From NCBI GenBank assembly GCA_043800255.1, contig JAZDNF010000008.1:32001-96000 (forward strand): 64,000 nucleotides of DNA. Direction: 5' to 3'. This stretch comes from Candidatus Altiarchaeota archaeon (lineage in GTDB: Archaea > Altiarchaeota > Altiarchaeia > IMC4 > SCGC-AAA252-I15). Numbering within the stretch: the first letter of the stretch is position 1; every line of letters starts with the position of its first letter. Positions 60,337 through 64,000 of this stretch are shown here, piece after piece. The notes beneath the pieces are model-generated. The model searched no databases. It was not told where the DNA came from and saw only the letters and a program-made list of their open reading frames with translations. The translations under genes and the position numbers were made by a program.

Positions 60337-62133
60337 CTATTTCGGCAGTATCACTGTTACGGTTGTGCCCGCCCCCTCCTCGCTTTCTATCTTCAGCTCG
60401 CCGCTGTGGGCTTTTACGATACTGCTGACGCTCCAGAGCCCTAACCCAGTGCCGTCTTGGACGCCATGCTGCCCTCTGAAAAATTCTTCTGTCACCTTAG
60501 CCCTATCTGATTCCGGTATCCCGATACCGTTATCTTTGACGTAGATTTCAACGTATTTTTTGCCGTCGCGTTCGACTTCACGCACGCCTGCCGTTACTCT
60601 GCCCTTCTCGCCTTCCGGAAACTTTTTGGCTGCCGTGAATTTTATCGCATTATTGACCATGTTATCAACAGCCTGCATTAGCTTGGACCTGTCTGCGGGA
60701 ACGTCTATCCTGCTTTTTTCGAGTTGCTGGTCAAATTCCAACTGCACACCCCTAACGGCTGCAAGTTGTCTGTGGCCGGAGACGCTGATGCCTACCACCT
60801 CACCCACGTTCACCGACTTTTTTAGGATATCAATCCTCCCCTTTTCTCTAAACCAAGCGTTCAGCTTATAGGCTTCAACTGCATCTTTCATAGTAGTTGC
60901 CCGCGCTAGGATGTCAGTTATCACGTCAATAGCCTCATCGTTGCCAGCAAACATTTCTGCAAGATCCTCTGCGCTTGATATTATTATATTAGTATCGTTT
61001 CCAATATTGTGGATTGCCCCGGCTGCCATCTTTTTGACTGTCTCATGCGTGCGGGCGTTTATTATTGCCGATGCTGTCACGTTCGTGAGTGCTCGGAGTC
61101 TGTCGATGTTGGCGTGTTTCGCCTTTTCGGGGTCCTTGTAGTAGACTCGCATCGCGACAATGTCCTCGCCCTTCAGTTCTATCGGTATGTTGTAGATTAC
61201 GCCGTCCTCCATATCAATGTCGCGCATAAGCTCTGGGTCGACTCTGCTTTCCTTCCCTTTTGCAACCTCATCCTTGACGTTTATCACCTCAACGTCCTTT
61301 TTTTCCAGCAATTCGCGGATTAGAGGCCTGGTTTCGCCTTTTTTTCTCACCTCTGCGATGTAACGGTCCAGACTCTCCTGTTCTTTCCCGCTGAAGCCTT
61401 TCATGTAGATGTCAATATCGTGCAGGGTGTGTACGTTCCTCAATCTTATGTCAACCTTGTCCGCTCCGGATACTTTCAGTGCGGCTTCCATGATGTCCTC
61501 TATCGTATCGTCCAGTTTTAATCTGTTGGCGTGCGCTGTTACCGCGTACAGTAGGTTATCATGGTAGTCTTTGACTTGGGCGCCCCTTATCATGGCACCC
61601 CCAAGCTTGCTTAGGAGGTTCAGCCCGAACAGCTGCTCTCCGGTTATCTCCTTCTTGTCCTCATTGTCCGCCCATATGACTCCGACCAGTTTTTGTTTGT
61701 CATCGAATAGTGGAACGGTGGCGAACTCCTGGAATTCTATGTAACCCCTGGATAATCTTGGATCGCGTCTAGCGTCCTTAAAGTGGTGGGCTTCTGTGTT
61801 CCCCGCCAGCGCCTCGCGGGCCGTATGCGCCATCGCATCACCCTCAGCGTCCAATGGCATGGTGGCTTTCCCAGGGGGAGAGGACAGTCTCTTACCCTTC
61901 AGTTCGAATCTGCTTTCCAGGGTTTTCTCCTCCGGATTGAAAAAGTACAGTCCTGCGCGTTTCAAACCTAAGTCATCCACCACATGTTTCAGGATATCCT
62001 TTGATGCCGTGCTTAACGCAGATGCGCTTGTATACTCTTTGAACGCGTTTTCAACATCCCACACGCCTGGAAGCCCCTTCTGCTGCGTTGGGGATGTATT
62101 ATCCTGAGGAGTTTTGAAAGCCTCATGCACCAT
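60337..62133 (-). CDS. Cytoplasmic GAF-domain sensor histidine kinase
   Basis: GAF-like regions; H box (IHNIGN), NMVNNAIKF, DNGIGI, GTGLGL. Confidence 0.9.
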   Translation of the reverse strand: MVHEAFKTPQDNTSPTQQKGLPGVWDVENAFKEYTSASALSTASKDILKHVVDDLGLKRAGLYFFNPEEKTLESRFELKGKRLSSPPGKATMPLDAEGDAMAHTAREALAGNTEAHHFKDARRDPRLSRGYIEFQEFATVPLFDDKQKLVGVIWADNEDKKEITGEQLFGLNLLSKLGGAMIRGAQVKDYHDNLLYAVTAHANRLKLDDTIEDIMEAALKVSGADKVDIRLRNVHTLHDIDIYMKGFSGKEQESLDRYIAEVRKKGETRPLIRELLEKKDVEVINVKDEVAKGKESRVDPELMRDIDMEDGVIYNIPIELKGEDIVAMRVYYKDPEKAKHANIDRLRALTNVTASAIINARTHETVKKMAAGAIHNIGNDTNIIISSAEDLAEMFAGNDEAIDVITDILARATTMKDAVEAYKLNAWFREKGRIDILKKSVNVGEVVGISVSGHRQLAAVRGVQLEFDQQLEKSRIDVPADRSKLMQAVDNMVNNAIKFTAAKKFPEGEKGRVTAGVREVERDGKKYVEIYVKDNGIGIPESDRAKVTEEFFRGQHGVQDGTGLGLWSVSSIVKAHSGELKIESEEGAGTTVTVILPK

Positions 62134-62215
62134 GAGTTACTATAGGACGGCGGAAACTAAAAGGTGTTCAGATGCCAACAGACGGGTTTTATTGTCCAAA
62201 TCCCCAAGGTAATAC

Positions 62216-63046
62216 ATGAGCACTCCGATAAGGTTAAATAGCAATCGTGCCTTCATTGTCGGAGGGTACAGCCACGTTAATCCCGCTGAATTCTCAGACC
62301 ATATAAACTTTTTCGATTCTGTGTCGATGCTCTTGCAGTACCGTTACAGGATGAACCCATCCTACGCCCTCAGGGATAATGAGGCTAACCTTCTTAATCT
62401 TCCAACGTGGGATGAGCAGCGCCGGGCAACCTACCAGGGAGACATCAGTTACGTAACACACTCCGGGCTGATAGTGGCCGAGCTGACGCACCCTTCAACA
62501 GGGACCGGGCAGGAGCTGCAGTCTGCGGCAGACAACGGCATCCCAGTAATCGCCCTGATGAGAGGCGAAGAGGGCAAGCGCGTTGACATAACGTATGCCG
62601 TGCGAAACAACGACCATGGAGCTGAAGAAGGCTTCAAGCTTACGCGCGGCGTCGGCGGGATATCGAAGATGGCGGATGGCAATCCTGCAATAATTGCCAG
62701 ACTACCTTATGGGACCTACTCTGAGGCGCTGAGGAAACTGGACAAGGTGCTGCAGGAGAAGTTCGGCCTCGTGCCAGAATCTAAGAAATACCTTGAAGCC
62801 GCGAGCATCGAAGAAAAGTCTGGGAACGTTGAAAAGGCTTCGGAACTCAAGAGGAAGGCGCGATTGATAGACAATCTTCTGGAGTTCAAGCCAGAGGAGA
62901 ACAGACCTAAGAAATACGAAAAAGAGTTCCCGCACAATGAGCGGCTTCCGTTGGAAGACGTCGAGTGGGAGCTTAAGAAGAATCCATCTCACAAGAGGGA
63001 GCCACAGTCCGGGGAAGTGACAAAGCACGTTAGAAAGACGACATAA
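62216..63046 (+). CDS. Nucleoside 2-deoxyribosyltransferase/DNPH1-like protein
   Basis: D......IVAELTHPSTGTGQE...GIPVIAL. Confidence 0.7.
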   Translation: MSTPIRLNSNRAFIVGGYSHVNPAEFSDHINFFDSVSMLLQYRYRMNPSYALRDNEANLLNLPTWDEQRRATYQGDISYVTHSGLIVAELTHPSTGTGQELQSAADNGIPVIALMRGEEGKRVDITYAVRNNDHGAEEGFKLTRGVGGISKMADGNPAIIARLPYGTYSEALRKLDKVLQEKFGLVPESKKYLEAASIEEKSGNVEKASELKRKARLIDNLLEFKPEENRPKKYEKEFPHNERLPLEDVEWELKKNPSHKREPQSGEVTKHVRKTT

Positions 63047-63051
63047 GCATA

Positions 63052-63645
63052 ATGTTAGATTATAGCACCATCGTCAAGGGCATTGTGCTGTTATCTTGGG
63101 GTATTGTCATTCTTGTCTCAGTCGCCAACCCCCTGACGTTGATGTTCAGGAGATTCTTGCGCAGGATATTCTCAAAGTTGGGCGAAATCCCGTACCTTAT
63201 CCTGTTAGCTCTGATGTTACTGTCAACACTGCTGCTTGCCTATTCGCTGAGGGAGAGAATCCTCTCCCATCGCCTGAGTCTGCCGCCTGCAGCAGACTAT
63301 GCCGGCGTTCTCATCCTGCTGTCCGGATTTTTCCTGGATTTCTGGGCCACCTCGAGTTTAGGGTGGAAGGCAGTGCTGAATATTCCAACAGCGGTAGGCT
63401 CTGAGGGCATGAGGAGACTGACAAGAGAAGGCGCCTACGCGTTCTCGAGGAACCCCCTCTACGTCGGAGACGCCCTAATCGTGGCAGGCCTTCTGCTGCT
63501 GACAGGTTATGCGAGCCTCATTCTCCTGTTAGTAATCTACTTGGCTCATGTGCTCGTCCAAGTCAGGCTTGAGGAGCATGAGCTGACAGAGACTTTCGGA
63601 AAAGAATATTATGGGTATATGAGGACAGTGCCCAGATTCTTGTGA
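63052..63645 (+). CDS. Isoprenylcysteine carboxylmethyltransferase/PEMT family membrane protein
   Basis: GAYAFSRNPLY, EEHEL..TFG.EY..Y...VPRF. Confidence 0.88.
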   Translation: MLDYSTIVKGIVLLSWGIVILVSVANPLTLMFRRFLRRIFSKLGEIPYLILLALMLLSTLLLAYSLRERILSHRLSLPPAADYAGVLILLSGFFLDFWATSSLGWKAVLNIPTAVGSEGMRRLTREGAYAFSRNPLYVGDALIVAGLLLLTGYASLILLLVIYLAHVLVQVRLEEHELTETFGKEYYGYMRTVPRFL

Positions 63646-63656
63646 AAACAGCTAAA

Positions 63657-64000
63657 CTATTTTCTGCGGGGGACATAGAGCGTCTCAGCCGAGTACATGT
63701 CGACTGTGAGGAACCTGTTCAGGCGCTCCAGCGCGTCGTTGTGTCTTCTTCTCTCCTCAGACGACTTCCACATGTCGTTGGACACTTTCATCATGTGCGA
63801 GTAGAGCGTTTTTATGCTGTCCTTGATCTTTTGGGCGTTGATGCCTGAGAGGCCCGCCCCCCTGCTGCATGAGTAGGCGAATGACTCCCACTCGTCATAG
63901 GAGAATGAGGATTTCGGCTCTAGCGTGTCCTTTATCACCATGTTAGCAACACGCCAATCGTAGCATGCGTTTATTTCGGCTTTGCTCAGGTTGCGTGACC
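63657..64000 (-). CDS. Hypothetical protein, 5'-truncated by window edge
   Basis: Frame of ORF 63657-63941 stays open to the end of the window. Confidence 0.55.
   Translation of the reverse strand, partial: SRNLSKAEINACYDWRVANMVIKDTLEPKSSFSYDEWESFAYSCSRGAGLSGINAQKIKDSIKTLYSHMMKVSNDMWKSSEERRRHNDALERLNRFLTVDMYSAETLYVPRRK

Overview
Archaeal chromosomal segment. Evidence: carS, cbf5, rpl14e, Pop5, Trm112, scpA, split-type GMP synthase B subunit and intron-containing tRNAs with bulge-helix-bulge (BHB) junctions. The gene mix (bacterial-type Glk, class I GAPDH and GpmI, Cys-rich surface proteins, orphan ORFs) suggests a DPANN/Altiarchaeota-like lineage, which is inference only. Modules: redox/metal-stress cluster (16.1-22.3 kb), glycogen cluster (31.8-39.3 kb), MTA/purine salvage operon (45.5-48.0 kb), acetate cluster (50.4-58.0 kb), an MNT-HEPN toxin-antitoxin pair, and an AT-richer islet (cdc48 + RNB ribonuclease) bounded by a tRNA-Met 3'-end repeat. 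Six tRNA genes: Ser-GCT, Ile-GAT, Met-CAT, Tyr-GTA and Asp-GTC with 37/38 introns, and intronless Val-TAC. The most unusual signal is non-coding: a family of short modular hairpin elements concentrated at tRNA genes. One oriented T-rich/A-rich hairpin with an A-rich tail starts four tRNA introns (about 48 bp nearly identical between the Ile and Met introns). It also abuts tRNA 3' ends, truncates tandem copies of tRNA 5' ends, and is itself interrupted by GC-rich hairpin modules; a filled/empty site pair is visible in the window. No transposase or integrase is present here. All protein calls are motif-based by eye, not database results.
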